This document shows positions 30,373 to 40,405 of a stretch of 64,000 bases of DNA, in pieces; the first letter of the stretch is position 1, and each line of letters begins with the position of its first letter. The position numbers were made by a program, and so were the translations under genes. The stretch comes from Cyanobacteria bacterium auto_48_18 (lineage in GTDB: Bacteria > Cyanobacteriota > Vampirovibrionia > Obscuribacterales > Obscuribacteraceae). The stretch lies in contig JAVHQC010000030.1 of assembly GCA_036170915.1 (NCBI GenBank), forward strand, positions 66,421 to 130,420. The letters run 5' to 3'. The notes below the pieces were generated by a model. That model had not been told where the DNA came from. It saw only the letters and a list, made by a program, of their open reading frames with translations, and ran no database searches.

Positions 30373-31053
30373 ATGTCTAAGTTCGCCTACGAAAGAATTA
30401 TTGATATTTCTCAGCCGGTGAGCGAAAAGTCAGCTTGTTTTCCCGGCGATACACCGTTTTCGCGAAAGGTCACCCTGACCTATGAAGACAGCCGTGTGAT
30501 CAACCTCACAGCTTTGACCATGAGCCCTCATGTCGGCACCCATGCCGACGCACCGGTGCACATCAAGGGCTCTCTTTCAGCAAATTCTCCTGATACAGGT
30601 GACGATACTACAGCTGGTGCCATGGAACTTTCGCCATTTATGGGCAAAGTGGTAGTAATTGATCTTGCTCCAACTACAGCAGGCATTAAAGCCGCGCAGG
30701 TAGAGGAACAGCTTAAGGCAGCAGCAGCAGCTGGTGTACAGCGCGTCCTTTTCAAGACAGCCCAGACAATTAATTTTGAAATCTTCGAAGATCAATACAG
30801 CTTTATTGAAACCGATTGCGCTGATTTATTAGGTGAGCTTGGATTTGTCCTGGTGGGCCTCGACACACCATCAGTTGATCACATCAAATCAAAAGATCTA
30901 GCCACTCATCACGCTTTAGACAAGCATCACTTAGTCTGGCTGGAAAACTTAGACCTGACAGCGGTGGTCGCAGGAGAATATTTCCTGGTTGCTTTACCAC
31001 TCAAATTTATGAATTTAGAAGCGACACCAGTGCGCGCAGTGTTGCTCGTTTAA
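30373..31053 (+). CDS. kynB: Kynurenine formamidase (arylformamidase)
   Basis: FPGDTPF, SPHVGTHADAPVH, GLDTPSVD, LENLDL, ALPLK..EATPVRAVL. Confidence 0.85.
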   Translation: MSKFAYERIIDISQPVSEKSACFPGDTPFSRKVTLTYEDSRVINLTALTMSPHVGTHADAPVHIKGSLSANSPDTGDDTTAGAMELSPFMGKVVVIDLAPTTAGIKAAQVEEQLKAAAAAGVQRVLFKTAQTINFEIFEDQYSFIETDCADLLGELGFVLVGLDTPSVDHIKSKDLATHHALDKHHLVWLENLDLTAVVAGEYFLVALPLKFMNLEATPVRAVLLV

Positions 31054-31084
31054 GGATATTGCTGACTTAAGTCTGGAGGTGTGC

Positions 31085-31891
31085 ATGTTCGGAAAAAGCT
31101 GTTCAGTCATCGGTGTAGTGCACGTACCAGCTCTGCCGGGTGCAGACGGATACACCGGCTTTATGGATCAATGCCTGGCCACTTCCATCATTGATGCCAT
31201 GACCTACAAAGAAGAAGGTGTGGACGCTCTGTTGATTGAAAATATGCACGACGTTCCCTATCTACGTGGTCGAGTAGAACCAGAAACGGTGGCAGCGATG
31301 GCTGTAATTGCCAATGCAATTAAATATGAATGCATGATGCCAATCGGTATTCAAATTTTAGCTGGTGCCAATCAAGAGGCGCTGGCAGTGGCCCACTCGA
31401 GTGACCTCGATTTTATACGTGTTGAAGGTTATGTCTATGCTCACGTAGGCGATGAAGGCATGCATGAGTCATGTGCAGCGCAGCTTGTGAGAAAACGCGC
31501 CCAGATCAAAGCTGAGAAAGTAAAAATCTTTGCCGACATCAAAAAGAAACACTCGTCTCATGCCATTACCGGTGATATCAACTTAGTGGAAACAGCGCAT
31601 GCAGCAGAGTTTTTCAAAGCAGACGGAGTAATTGTCACTGGTATGCGCACAGGCGATGCACCGCCGGTCGATGACGTCAGCACAGTTAAGGCGGCAGTTC
31701 ATATACCAGTGATGGTGGGCTCTGGAGTGACGCCAGATAATGTGGCCGACTATGCTAAATACGCCGACGCTGTCATTTTTGGCAGTTACGCTAAGTTTGA
31801 CGGCGACTGGACTAAGAAAGTCGACCCTGAGCGGGTTAAACGTTTGGTGCATGCGGCTAATCAACCATTGGCCAATGCGGTGGTGCGCTAA
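31085..31891 (+). CDS. btpA: BtpA/SgcQ family protein
   Basis: IGVVHVPALPG, IENMHDVPY, FADIKKKH, ADGVIVTG..TG, VGSGVT. Confidence 0.88.
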   Translation: MFGKSCSVIGVVHVPALPGADGYTGFMDQCLATSIIDAMTYKEEGVDALLIENMHDVPYLRGRVEPETVAAMAVIANAIKYECMMPIGIQILAGANQEALAVAHSSDLDFIRVEGYVYAHVGDEGMHESCAAQLVRKRAQIKAEKVKIFADIKKKHSSHAITGDINLVETAHAAEFFKADGVIVTGMRTGDAPPVDDVSTVKAAVHIPVMVGSGVTPDNVADYAKYADAVIFGSYAKFDGDWTKKVDPERVKRLVHAANQPLANAVVR

Positions 31892-31938
31892 AGTTAGGCA
31901 TTTGTGCCGGCATTTGGGCCGGCAGGTCTTGCCCACCT

Positions 31939-32004
31939 CCTAAGAATTTTTACAACTGATAGGTTGTAAAAATCTACAACTTAAGAGTTGTAAAAATTCT
32001 TAGG
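31939..32004. repeat. Palindromic array: perfect 19-bp inverted repeat enclosing alternating TACAAC/GTTGTA hexamers at 12-bp period
   Basis: cctaagaatttttacaact (31939-31957) / agttgtaaaaattcttagg (31986-32004). Confidence 0.85.
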
Positions 32005-32053
32005 CGAGGATTTCGACCTACCTCACTCAAGTGGCCAAGCACAAAAGACAAGC

Positions 32054-32803
32054 TTAAAAAGTCTCACCAGTTTTAATTTCAATTCTTGAAGCACCGCTGC
32101 AGTTCTGGGTAATCTGACCAGCTCTGCCAGTGGCGTAAAGAGTTATATGACTGGCACCACTGGCTGTCGCGTCAACCTTATTGCTGCCATCAAGGGCCGC
32201 TGAACTGGCACCAGAGACAGTGGCATGGCAATAATTGTTTCTCACTTCGCGCGCTACAACCATGCTCGCTCCCGAAACAGTAAGATCAAAGCTATTGAGC
32301 TGACCTTTGATGGTGACATTGGTGGCACCGCTGACATTCATTTTTAAGTCTTTTGACTTGCCCGAATTGCCCAGATTTACATTGGTATGAAAGGCACCAC
32401 TGTTCTGCAGTTCATCTAAAGCATTGGCGTCTACTTGAATACGAACAACATTGGGGTTGATACCAGGCAACAGTTGTATTTTCAAAGTACCATTATCCAC
32501 AATTGTCGTAATGCCAGACAGGCTTTTGCCATTTGCTTCCACCCTGACATTTTGCGGTTTAGAAGCGTCAAGATTGATAATCAGATCGCCGCGACCGGCC
32601 GCGTCGATTTTAGTGAAAGGAGAGAGTTTGCGATTCTCGCTTTTCTCCTCACTTTTATCCGCAGACAAAACTGAGAGCGTGACATTGGAACTGTTATTAA
32701 CGTTGTTGCCTGTGCTTGTGCAAGACGACAAAGTTATTGGAATAAAAACGGCCATGGCAAATATCGAAAGAATTGTAACTACTGTGCCGTAGCTATTGGT
32801 CAT
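32054..32803 (-). CDS. GIN-domain (DUF2807-like) lipoprotein
   Basis: Lipobox LSSC and repeated xSGAS beta-solenoid motifs. Confidence 0.8.
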   Translation of the reverse strand: MTNSYGTVVTILSIFAMAVFIPITLSSCTSTGNNVNNSSNVTLSVLSADKSEEKSENRKLSPFTKIDAAGRGDLIINLDASKPQNVRVEANGKSLSGITTIVDNGTLKIQLLPGINPNVVRIQVDANALDELQNSGAFHTNVNLGNSGKSKDLKMNVSGATNVTIKGQLNSFDLTVSGASMVVAREVRNNYCHATVSGASSAALDGSNKVDATASGASHITLYATGRAGQITQNCSGASRIEIKTGETF

Positions 32804-34328
32804 GCTTTATGTAACTTCTAGATTCGCCTAACCCTTTAAAGAGGTCGCCACCGCTGCGTGCCGCCGCAGCGGGCCTTGGGCTAGCAGCAGCAGATTCTAC
32901 GCGAGGTTTACGTACAACCCTTTTGACCTTAACCTGACTGGCAATTTTGGGTCGCTCGATTTCGCGTTTAACCACTTTTACTTCAGCAGGCTTTTCCACT
33001 TTCGCACCATCAACGGTGCCTGGTAAAGTGGCAGATTTGCTATTGTCAGGCTGAGCTGTGCCACTGGCAGTGGTGGCGCCTGATGGCACGGGGTCAGGAG
33101 TAGCAATTACCGGTTTAAGATCAGGTTTAAGATCAGGTTTCACCGGAGCAACAATGGCCTGTTGAGCCGGTTTCTTAGTGGTACTGTCAAAAATTAGTTT
33201 GCCGGTGATACCTAAAACCAAGAGCAATCCTGAAGCAATGGCCACCCAGTGAAATGGCTTTAAATTAGCCAGCGGAGAGCTTGGTTTGTCTTCCTCTTCA
33301 GTAGGCATGGTAGGAAAATCGGTGCGCAGCACCTGACTCTTTCCTGCCCGTGGAATGGCCGTATCAAGGTCTCTAGTTAACTCAGCCATAGTCTGGTGGC
33401 GGTCTGCCGGATCTTTTGCCAGGGCTTTGAAAACCACTGCTTCCAGACGTTCTGGAATATAAAGATCGGGACGCACTTCTTTAAACCGGGGCGGCGCTTC
33501 GGTAATGTGTTTGCCCATGGTCTCGACCATAGTTCTACCTAATATAGGCAGACGTCCGGTGAGGGTTTCGTAAATCACAATACCCATAGAATAAATGTCA
33601 GAGCGATTATCGAGTTCGTGGCCCTGGCACTGCTCGGGGCTCATATAAACTGGGCTGCCGCACACTTCGCCCATTTGCGTCAAACGCTGTTGTTCGCCGC
33701 CGGCGCTTATTAATTTAGCCACGCCAAAATCTACTACTTTGACGTAGTCTTTTTCATCCTCATAATCAATGAGCATGATGTTGGAAGGCTTCAAATCTCG
33801 GTGAATAACACCCATGCGGTGCGCGTGATCAAGTGCGTCAGTTGATTGAGAGAGAATTTTCAAACTGCGCTCGACGCCAAGTTGACCTTCATCTTTGATA
33901 ATGGTCGAAAGATCGGTGCCCAGCAGATAATCCATGACAATGAAGGGCTGGCCTGATGTGGGAGTAACACCGAAGTCATAAACAGTAATGACATGAGGGT
34001 GATTCATCTTCGAAGCGGCTTTGCCTTCTTGGTGGAAGCGCTTGACGCTCATGGAGTCAGCGATGTGTTGCGACTGCAACATCTTAATCGCCACAGTTCT
34101 GTCCATTAAGACCTGTCGGCCTTTGTAGACAACACCCATACCACCGTGACCAATCACATCGATAATGTCGTATTTGCCCATCAAACAGGTGCCCACCATG
34201 GGGTCGCGGGCAAGCGGAATCAGGTTGGTACCATCGTGAGGGCACGCGGCTACGATACCGGTAAATTGCCTGTTGCACTCAAGGCAGACCTTTCGATCAA
34301 GACCTTCATGTAGATGTTCAGCGAACAC
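32793..34328 (-). CDS. Membrane Ser/Thr protein kinase with an N-terminal Zn-ribbon
   Basis: CLEC..CPHDG; GHGGMGVVY, VAIK, HRDLKPSN, DFG, GSPVYMSPE; one TM helix. Confidence 0.93.
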   Translation of the reverse strand: MFAEHLHEGLDRKVCLECNRQFTGIVAACPHDGTNLIPLARDPMVGTCLMGKYDIIDVIGHGGMGVVYKGRQVLMDRTVAIKMLQSQHIADSMSVKRFHQEGKAASKMNHPHVITVYDFGVTPTSGQPFIVMDYLLGTDLSTIIKDEGQLGVERSLKILSQSTDALDHAHRMGVIHRDLKPSNIMLIDYEDEKDYVKVVDFGVAKLISAGGEQQRLTQMGEVCGSPVYMSPEQCQGHELDNRSDIYSMGIVIYETLTGRLPILGRTMVETMGKHITEAPPRFKEVRPDLYIPERLEAVVFKALAKDPADRHQTMAELTRDLDTAIPRAGKSQVLRTDFPTMPTEEEDKPSSPLANLKPFHWVAIASGLLLVLGITGKLIFDSTTKKPAQQAIVAPVKPDLKPDLKPVIATPDPVPSGATTASGTAQPDNSKSATLPGTVDGAKVEKPAEVKVVKREIERPKIASQVKVKRVVRKPRVESAAASPRPAAAARSGGDLFKGLGESRSYIKHDQ

Positions 34329-34401
34329 TCGATTGAACCTGACTATGTTTGGGGGTGTAGCGATTCTTAACCATTGTTAATGTACCCGTCAAAAGCGGCA
34401 T

Positions 34402-35652
34402 TTAATCGCTTTGCAGTTCGAAGTCACTCGATATTTCTTGATTAACTTTGTCCGATAAAATTTGTCCAGCCTGCACAGCCACTACCTTAGCGCCGTTTAG
34501 CCATTCTGGGCGGAATCCACTTAGGTCGGTGGTGGTAATTAATGTTTGCATGCCGCTCTCCACAAGTTGCATCAGCATCCCTTGACGACCGAGATCGAGT
34601 TCAGCCAGAACATCATCAAGCAACAATAGTGGTGGCTCCTCCAGGCGGTCGCTGACCAACTTCAGCTCGGCTAGTTTCAGCGCCAGTACGAGACTGCGCT
34701 GCTGGCCCTGTGATGCGTATGAACTGGCGGCAAAATCATTAAGAGCGAAGCTGACATCATCACGATGAGGACCGCACAGAGACTGCTTGCGGGCAATTTC
34801 TTCCCCACGCCTGCTTTTAAGCTGAGCCAGAATCAATTGAGCTAATTCTTCCAGCGACATCGACTTCAACTCGTCAATGCCGAGCGAATCTTTTTCAACC
34901 TTCTGTAAATCTGATGCATCAAACTGAGTGTCAGAGTCAGCTTCAAGCTGTTTGAAAATATACTGGGCAGTTAATTTTTCACGATTGCCCGAAATACTGG
35001 CTTGAGCATCTTCAGCTAAAGGCAGGGCCAGAGCCAGCGCATGCACCCTGTGTTTAATAATCTGACTGCCGTACTGAGCCAGCTGCCTGTCCCAGACCCG
35101 CAGCTCGTCTAAATCTGAAGGTCCTAAGCCACCCTTTTCAAAAAAAGTTTTGAGCAGTTTATTGCGCTGTTGCACAACTTTGTCATAACGCGTAGTCAGC
35201 TCGAAGTGACTATTTTTCAATTTGCAAACCAACTGGTCAAGCCAGTCTCGACGAAATTTTGGCCCTCCACGCAACAAATTTAAATCAGAAGCTTTAAAGC
35301 TCACGGTAGTCAGTCGGGCCGCAAACTTTTTGCCCGCCGGCTGGCTCACCCCGTTGATTCGAGCTTTACGCGACATGCGATCACCGGCGGTTAAAATCAA
35401 ACTAGCAGTCTCGCTGTAACCGGCCGAATGATAACTGACCTCAATTAAAGCTTGACTCTCACCGCGTAAAACCAGCTCACGATCGTTACTAGCCCTATCA
35501 GAACGACCAGAGGCAATCAGTTCAATAGCCTCAAGCAGATTGGTTTTGCCCTGGGCATTTTCACCAATCAAAATATTCCTGCCATCAAATAAATCTAAAG
35601 CAGCATCTTTGTAATTGCGAAAATTTTTGACTACAACTCGGCTGACTCGCAT
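34402..35652 (-). CDS. recF: DNA replication/repair protein RecF
   Basis: GENAQGKTNLLEAI, GPHRDD, SQGQQRSLVLALKLAE, LLDDVLAELD. Confidence 0.95.
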   Translation of the reverse strand: MRVSRVVVKNFRNYKDAALDLFDGRNILIGENAQGKTNLLEAIELIASGRSDRASNDRELVLRGESQALIEVSYHSAGYSETASLILTAGDRMSRKARINGVSQPAGKKFAARLTTVSFKASDLNLLRGGPKFRRDWLDQLVCKLKNSHFELTTRYDKVVQQRNKLLKTFFEKGGLGPSDLDELRVWDRQLAQYGSQIIKHRVHALALALPLAEDAQASISGNREKLTAQYIFKQLEADSDTQFDASDLQKVEKDSLGIDELKSMSLEELAQLILAQLKSRRGEEIARKQSLCGPHRDDVSFALNDFAASSYASQGQQRSLVLALKLAELKLVSDRLEEPPLLLLDDVLAELDLGRQGMLMQLVESGMQTLITTTDLSGFRPEWLNGAKVVAVQAGQILSDKVNQEISSDFELQSD

Positions 35653-35658
35653 CTCTAA

Positions 35659-36594
35659 TCAGCAAGCACGATAGCAACGCGCTATTTGACAATCGGTGGC
35701 AATTTGATTGGTCAGCGCGCTCAAATCAACAAACTTTTGCTCGTCGCGTAAATGTTTAAAAAGCGCCACTTCAATAGTTTGACCATAAAGGTCGCCATCA
35801 AAATCAAGCAAATGTGATTCGATGGTCAACCTTTTTTCTTGCTCACCAGCGGCGTTAAATGTCGGCCGGTAGCCCACATTAATCACACTAGCTTGCTCTC
35901 TGCCATCCGCTAACCTTGAAGAACCCACATAGACACCGGTGGGCGGCACCAGCTGATTGAAAGCAATATCTACATTGGCAGTAGGAAAACCCAGTTGCCT
36001 TCCGCGTTTCTCGCCGCCTACCACAATTCCCCGCATGCTATATGGTCGACCCAGAAGCTGATTGGCCAGCTCCATATCTTTATTTAAAATAAGATCGCGA
36101 ATGCGGCTGCTAGACACTTCCAGCCCTTGCACAAATACCATTTCGGCGGCGTGCACGACAAAATCGCGCTTTGCGCCCAGTTGGCTAAGCAGTTCGGCAT
36201 TGCCTTCGCGGTCACGGCCAAAGTGATGATTGTGACCAACTGAAATAGATTTAGCACCCATGCAATCAATCAAAATATTGTGCACATATTCAACGGGTGA
36301 GAGCTTGCAAAGCTCTTCAGAAAAAGTTAGAACCAGAGCCAGCTCGATGCCCAGGGAGCGGAAAAGTTCAAGTCTTTGCTCGATAGTGGTGAGCAAAAGC
36401 GGCGCCTGGCCGCGGGTGAGGCCCCGTGGATGGTCGGCGAAAGTGACGACTCCAGCCGTAGCCGCCAGACTCTTCGCTTCAGACACAGCCTTGCTAATGA
36501 CAACTTGATGGCCCGGATGAACGCCATCAAAAAAGCCCAGAGCAATGGCCGAACGCTCCACAAGTCTGGGTTTAGGGACAAAATGAATTTGCAA
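35659..36594 (-). CDS. ribF: Bifunctional riboflavin kinase / FAD synthetase
   Basis: LGFFDGVHPGH, VSSSRIR, GRQLGFPTAN, NVGYRPTF, LRDEQKF. Confidence 0.95.
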   Translation of the reverse strand: MQIHFVPKPRLVERSAIALGFFDGVHPGHQVVISKAVSEAKSLAATAGVVTFADHPRGLTRGQAPLLLTTIEQRLELFRSLGIELALVLTFSEELCKLSPVEYVHNILIDCMGAKSISVGHNHHFGRDREGNAELLSQLGAKRDFVVHAAEMVFVQGLEVSSSRIRDLILNKDMELANQLLGRPYSMRGIVVGGEKRGRQLGFPTANVDIAFNQLVPPTGVYVGSSRLADGREQASVINVGYRPTFNAAGEQEKRLTIESHLLDFDGDLYGQTIEVALFKHLRDEQKFVDLSALTNQIATDCQIARCYRAC

Positions 36595-36881
36595 GGCAAG
36601 ATTCCAGGGTTTCTAAGGGAAATTATACCTGCGATTTTATCCCAGCCACGCCTCACTTACTACTCTAAAGCCACTGAGACGGCCTTCTGTGCTAAAATTT
36701 GACCTGTACTTATGGGAATCACGGTATATCAGAGCCGTCGAACTCGCAGTGCCCACAGCCAATTATCGAACAGATAGCGAAGAGATATTTGAAGTATCTC
36801 ACCGGCATATCATCGATGATTCTGAAGGTTCTGCCTGGCGATGCGAGCTTTAGACAAAAGCGTTTGGGAATCTGAACATTT

Positions 36882-38966
36882 ATGGCAAACAAAGATCAAG
36901 GGACAGTGGCAGCTTTGACTGAAGACGAGTCTGTAAAAAAGGTCGAAGGCGAACCAATTGTTAACGAAATGGCGCCGGCTAAAATCTCCGCCGATTACAA
37001 CGCCTCGGCGATTGACGTACTTGAGGGTCTAGAGGCTGTACGCAAAAGACCAGGCATGTACATCGGTACGACCGGCCCGCGTGGTCTTCACCACCTGGTT
37101 TGGGAAATCGTCGACAATGCGGTAGACGAAGCTCTGGCTGGTCACTGCAATCGCATCGACATTTGTATCAACGAAGACGAGTCTTGCACAGTGCAAGATA
37201 ATGGTCGCGGCATTCCCACAGACATCGTAGCTAAGACAGGTAAGAGCGGTGTTGAAACCGTCTTCACCGTGCTGCACGCTGGTGGCAAATTTGGTGGCGA
37301 AGGCTACAAAGTTTCAGGTGGCCTACACGGAGTAGGTGCATCTGTAGTAAACGCTCTTTCTGAGCGTCTTGAGGTGGAAGTTTATCGCCTCGGCCGCATT
37401 CACAAACAAGCATACAACCGCGGTGATGCCGATGGTCTTTTGCAGGTTCTGGGCGAAACTGATTTACAGGGCACCAAAGTAACTTTCTGGCCCGACGATC
37501 AAATTTTCCACGACATTAATGAAGACAATGAACGCCTGAAAATCTACTTCGAATGGGACGTTCTTGCCACAAGACTGAGAGAAATGGCCTTCCTCAATAA
37601 AGGTCTCTGCATAGTATTGACCGACGCCCGCAGCACCAAGGGTAATGGCAAGTCTGAAACTTATCACTATGCCGGCGGTATTGCCAGCTATGTCGAATAT
37701 CTCAACGAAACTCGCGACACTTTGCACAAACCACCAATTTATTTTGAGCAAAGAGCAGATGAAGTGACGGTTGAATGCTCACTGCAGTGGACAACCCTCT
37801 ACTCAGAATCGGTCTACAGTTTCGTCAACAACATTAACACCCATGATGGTGGCACACACTTAACCGGTTTCAGAAACGCACTGACGCGCATCGTTAATGA
37901 GTACGCTAAGAAAAGCAACATCCTTAAAGAAGGTGAAGATCGCTTCACCGGTGAAGACATCAGAGAAGGTCTGACTGCGATTATTTCAGTCAAAGTTCCT
38001 GATCCGCAGTTTGAAGGACAAACAAAAGAGCGTCTCGGTAACCGAGAAGTGCAAGGCATTGTGCAAGGTGTAGCGGCTGAGCGCATCGCCGACTGGCTTG
38101 AATTAAATCCCAAGCCTGCCAAAGACATTGTCATGAAAGTACTGCAGTCAAAACAAGCACGTGAAGCGGCTCAAAAAGCCAAACAAACCGTGCGCCGGCA
38201 ATCAGCACTTTCCGGTGGTGGTTTGCCAGGCAAGTTAGCCGATTGCTCCGACAAAGATCCCGAAAAATGCGAAGTTTATCTGGTAGAAGGTGACTCCGCC
38301 GGTGGTTCCGCTAAACAAGGCCGCGACCGTACCTTCCAGGCAATCTTGCCCTTGAGAGGAAAAATTCTCAACGTCGAGCGTGTTCAACCAAGCCGCATTT
38401 ACGATAATAACGAAGTGCAGGCCATGATTCAGGCTCTTGGTCTGGTGGTTTCAGAGCAAGATGAAGACGGTGGTAAGAGCACCGGTATGCTCAGACCTAA
38501 CGCGCAAAATTTAGACTTGAGCAAATTGCGTTATCACAAAGTGATTATCATGACTGACGCCGACGTCGACGGCAGCCACATACGCACATTGCTTTTGACT
38601 TTCTTCTTCCGCTACGCTCGGCCTCTGGTTGACAACGGCTATGTGTATATTGCCCAACCACCTTTATTTAAGGTATCAAAAGGCAAACGTGTTGAGTATT
38701 GCTTCAACGAGCACAAACTCGAAGCAGTACTTGCTGAGATGGGCGACAAAGCAGACATTCAGCGGTTTAAGGGTCTCGGCGAAATGATGCCGGAGCAACT
38801 CTGGGAAACCACCATGAATCCTGAGACCAGAACCTTGAAGCAAGTGACGGTTGAAGACGCTTCAGAAGCAGATCACATATTCGATTTGCTTATGGGAGAG
38901 TCTGTGGCACCACGCAGGGAATTCATCGAGAAAAATTCCCACCTGGTGGCACACCTGGACGTCTAA
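36882..38966 (+). CDS. gyrB: DNA gyrase subunit B
   Basis: EAVRKRPGMYIG, LHAGGKF, VEGDSAGGSAK, PLRGK, MTDADVDG, QRFKGLGEM. Confidence 0.96.
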   Translation: MANKDQGTVAALTEDESVKKVEGEPIVNEMAPAKISADYNASAIDVLEGLEAVRKRPGMYIGTTGPRGLHHLVWEIVDNAVDEALAGHCNRIDICINEDESCTVQDNGRGIPTDIVAKTGKSGVETVFTVLHAGGKFGGEGYKVSGGLHGVGASVVNALSERLEVEVYRLGRIHKQAYNRGDADGLLQVLGETDLQGTKVTFWPDDQIFHDINEDNERLKIYFEWDVLATRLREMAFLNKGLCIVLTDARSTKGNGKSETYHYAGGIASYVEYLNETRDTLHKPPIYFEQRADEVTVECSLQWTTLYSESVYSFVNNINTHDGGTHLTGFRNALTRIVNEYAKKSNILKEGEDRFTGEDIREGLTAIISVKVPDPQFEGQTKERLGNREVQGIVQGVAAERIADWLELNPKPAKDIVMKVLQSKQAREAAQKAKQTVRRQSALSGGGLPGKLADCSDKDPEKCEVYLVEGDSAGGSAKQGRDRTFQAILPLRGKILNVERVQPSRIYDNNEVQAMIQALGLVVSEQDEDGGKSTGMLRPNAQNLDLSKLRYHKVIIMTDADVDGSHIRTLLLTFFFRYARPLVDNGYVYIAQPPLFKVSKGKRVEYCFNEHKLEAVLAEMGDKADIQRFKGLGEMMPEQLWETTMNPETRTLKQVTVEDASEADHIFDLLMGESVAPRREFIEKNSHLVAHLDV

Positions 38967-38999
38967 CATGTCGGCTACTGAAGAAGATGTCTCTGCGTC

Positions 39000-39632
39000 A
39001 TGAATGTACCTAATGTAATTACGGTATCACGCGTGGTGCTGGCTTTAGGCACCCTTTCATTGCTGTACGCCGCTCAACTACAAACAAACTCTGCCCCGAG
39101 TCGTGACAATCTTTTGTGGCTGGCATTTGCGTTGACAGTGATAGTTATTTGGGCTGACGGCCTTGATGGATATTTTGCTCGCAAACTCAATCAGACTTCA
39201 AAACTTGGTGCCATACTCGACATTGCCGGCGACAGAGCGGTGGAAATGGCATACTGGATCGTATTTTCAGCACAGGGTTGGGTAGCAGTCTGGGTGCCTC
39301 TTCTCTATCTTATAAGAGGCACATTTGTTGATGCCATGCGCAACCATGCCAGCAGCCAGGGTTTCACCGCATTTGGTGCCAAGACCATGATGCAGTCGAC
39401 TGTAGGAAAATTTCTGGTGGCATCAAACTTCAGCCGTTTTACCTATGCCATCGTAAAAGCATTAGCTTTCTGCCTGGTGATCGCCGCGCAAGTTTCCACC
39501 CTCAAAGGCGGGTGGGCAGCTACAGCAGCTGACATCACCGTCTACCTTTCGGCTGCGTTTTGTCTACTGCGTGGCTTGCCAGTACTGCTGGAGAGCGCAA
39601 GCCTCTTTACCATCGAGCCAAACAGCAACTAG
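39000..39632 (+). CDS. CDP-alcohol phosphatidyltransferase (PgsA-like)
   Basis: NVPNVITVSR and DGLDGYFARKLNQTSKLGAILDIAGD signature. Confidence 0.88.
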   Translation: MNVPNVITVSRVVLALGTLSLLYAAQLQTNSAPSRDNLLWLAFALTVIVIWADGLDGYFARKLNQTSKLGAILDIAGDRAVEMAYWIVFSAQGWVAVWVPLLYLIRGTFVDAMRNHASSQGFTAFGAKTMMQSTVGKFLVASNFSRFTYAIVKALAFCLVIAAQVSTLKGGWAATAADITVYLSAAFCLLRGLPVLLESASLFTIEPNSN

Positions 39633-40396
39633 TTATTGTTGTTGGCAGGATTATTTGGATTATTAGGATTAACGGGATTTACGCCTGGCGGAACATACTC
39701 ACCGTTTGGCAGCATACCGCCATTAGGCCCAATACCGTTTGTCGGATTTTTGTTAACGCCGCGATAATCAATGGAGCTCTGCGAAAGCTTCATCTGTTGC
39801 TCCATGCGGCTCATGGTGTAATTGGTATTTTCAATTTTGATATTCATTTGATTGCGTGTGTTGTGCAAGTTCCGCATACAATAAGCTTCCTTACCAATGG
39901 CACGATTAGCGAAACTTTCTACGCGGTCAAGCCAGCGCGCATCTTCTCGAACTTTCCTCACTTGCAGGGCAAGCACGTCATATTGTCTTCTCATGGGGTC
40001 GCCGCCGCCCATATTCTGAGCCTGCCGCTCTGAATCATCAGGATTGAGCTGCGAGTCGGTAACCATCATCATTAGATGCTGCAGTAAACCGCAACAATGC
40101 TGCTCGGTCAACTTGCTCAAACCCTTAGCGCGCTCAGCCGGCACTACGCCTTCAGCAATTTTCAAAGCTGCCAGCCAGTATTGTCTGGCTTTTTCGTACT
40201 GACGTTTCTGATAGTAATACATGCCGCCGCGATCGTACTCCACCCAATTTGGAACGTTTCGGCGAGCCTTGGAGCCTACTGCGGGCTCGCTACTGCTAGC
40301 TCGTTTTTTCGCCTTCGCCGAACAATCTGTGACCGTGCTGAATATCAACGGCACCAACAGTGAACACAGCAAAAGTGATTTTGTTGAAGCTGACAT
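39629..40396 (-). CDS. Hypothetical secreted protein with a TPR-like helix and Asn/Pro-rich tail
   Basis: 255-aa ORF with an AGGAG RBS and signal peptide. Confidence 0.7.
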   Translation of the reverse strand: MSASTKSLLLCSLLVPLIFSTVTDCSAKAKKRASSSEPAVGSKARRNVPNWVEYDRGGMYYYQKRQYEKARQYWLAALKIAEGVVPAERAKGLSKLTEQHCCGLLQHLMMMVTDSQLNPDDSERQAQNMGGGDPMRRQYDVLALQVRKVREDARWLDRVESFANRAIGKEAYCMRNLHNTRNQMNIKIENTNYTMSRMEQQMKLSQSSIDYRGVNKNPTNGIGPNGGMLPNGEYVPPGVNPVNPNNPNNPANNNN

Positions 40397-40405
40397 AGCG
40401 TTCTC

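Noticed and set aside
34402..38966. oriC near recF/gyrB
   Set aside because: No dnaA or dnaN, recF and gyrB are divergent, and there is no cluster of TTATCCACA boxes in 36594-36882.
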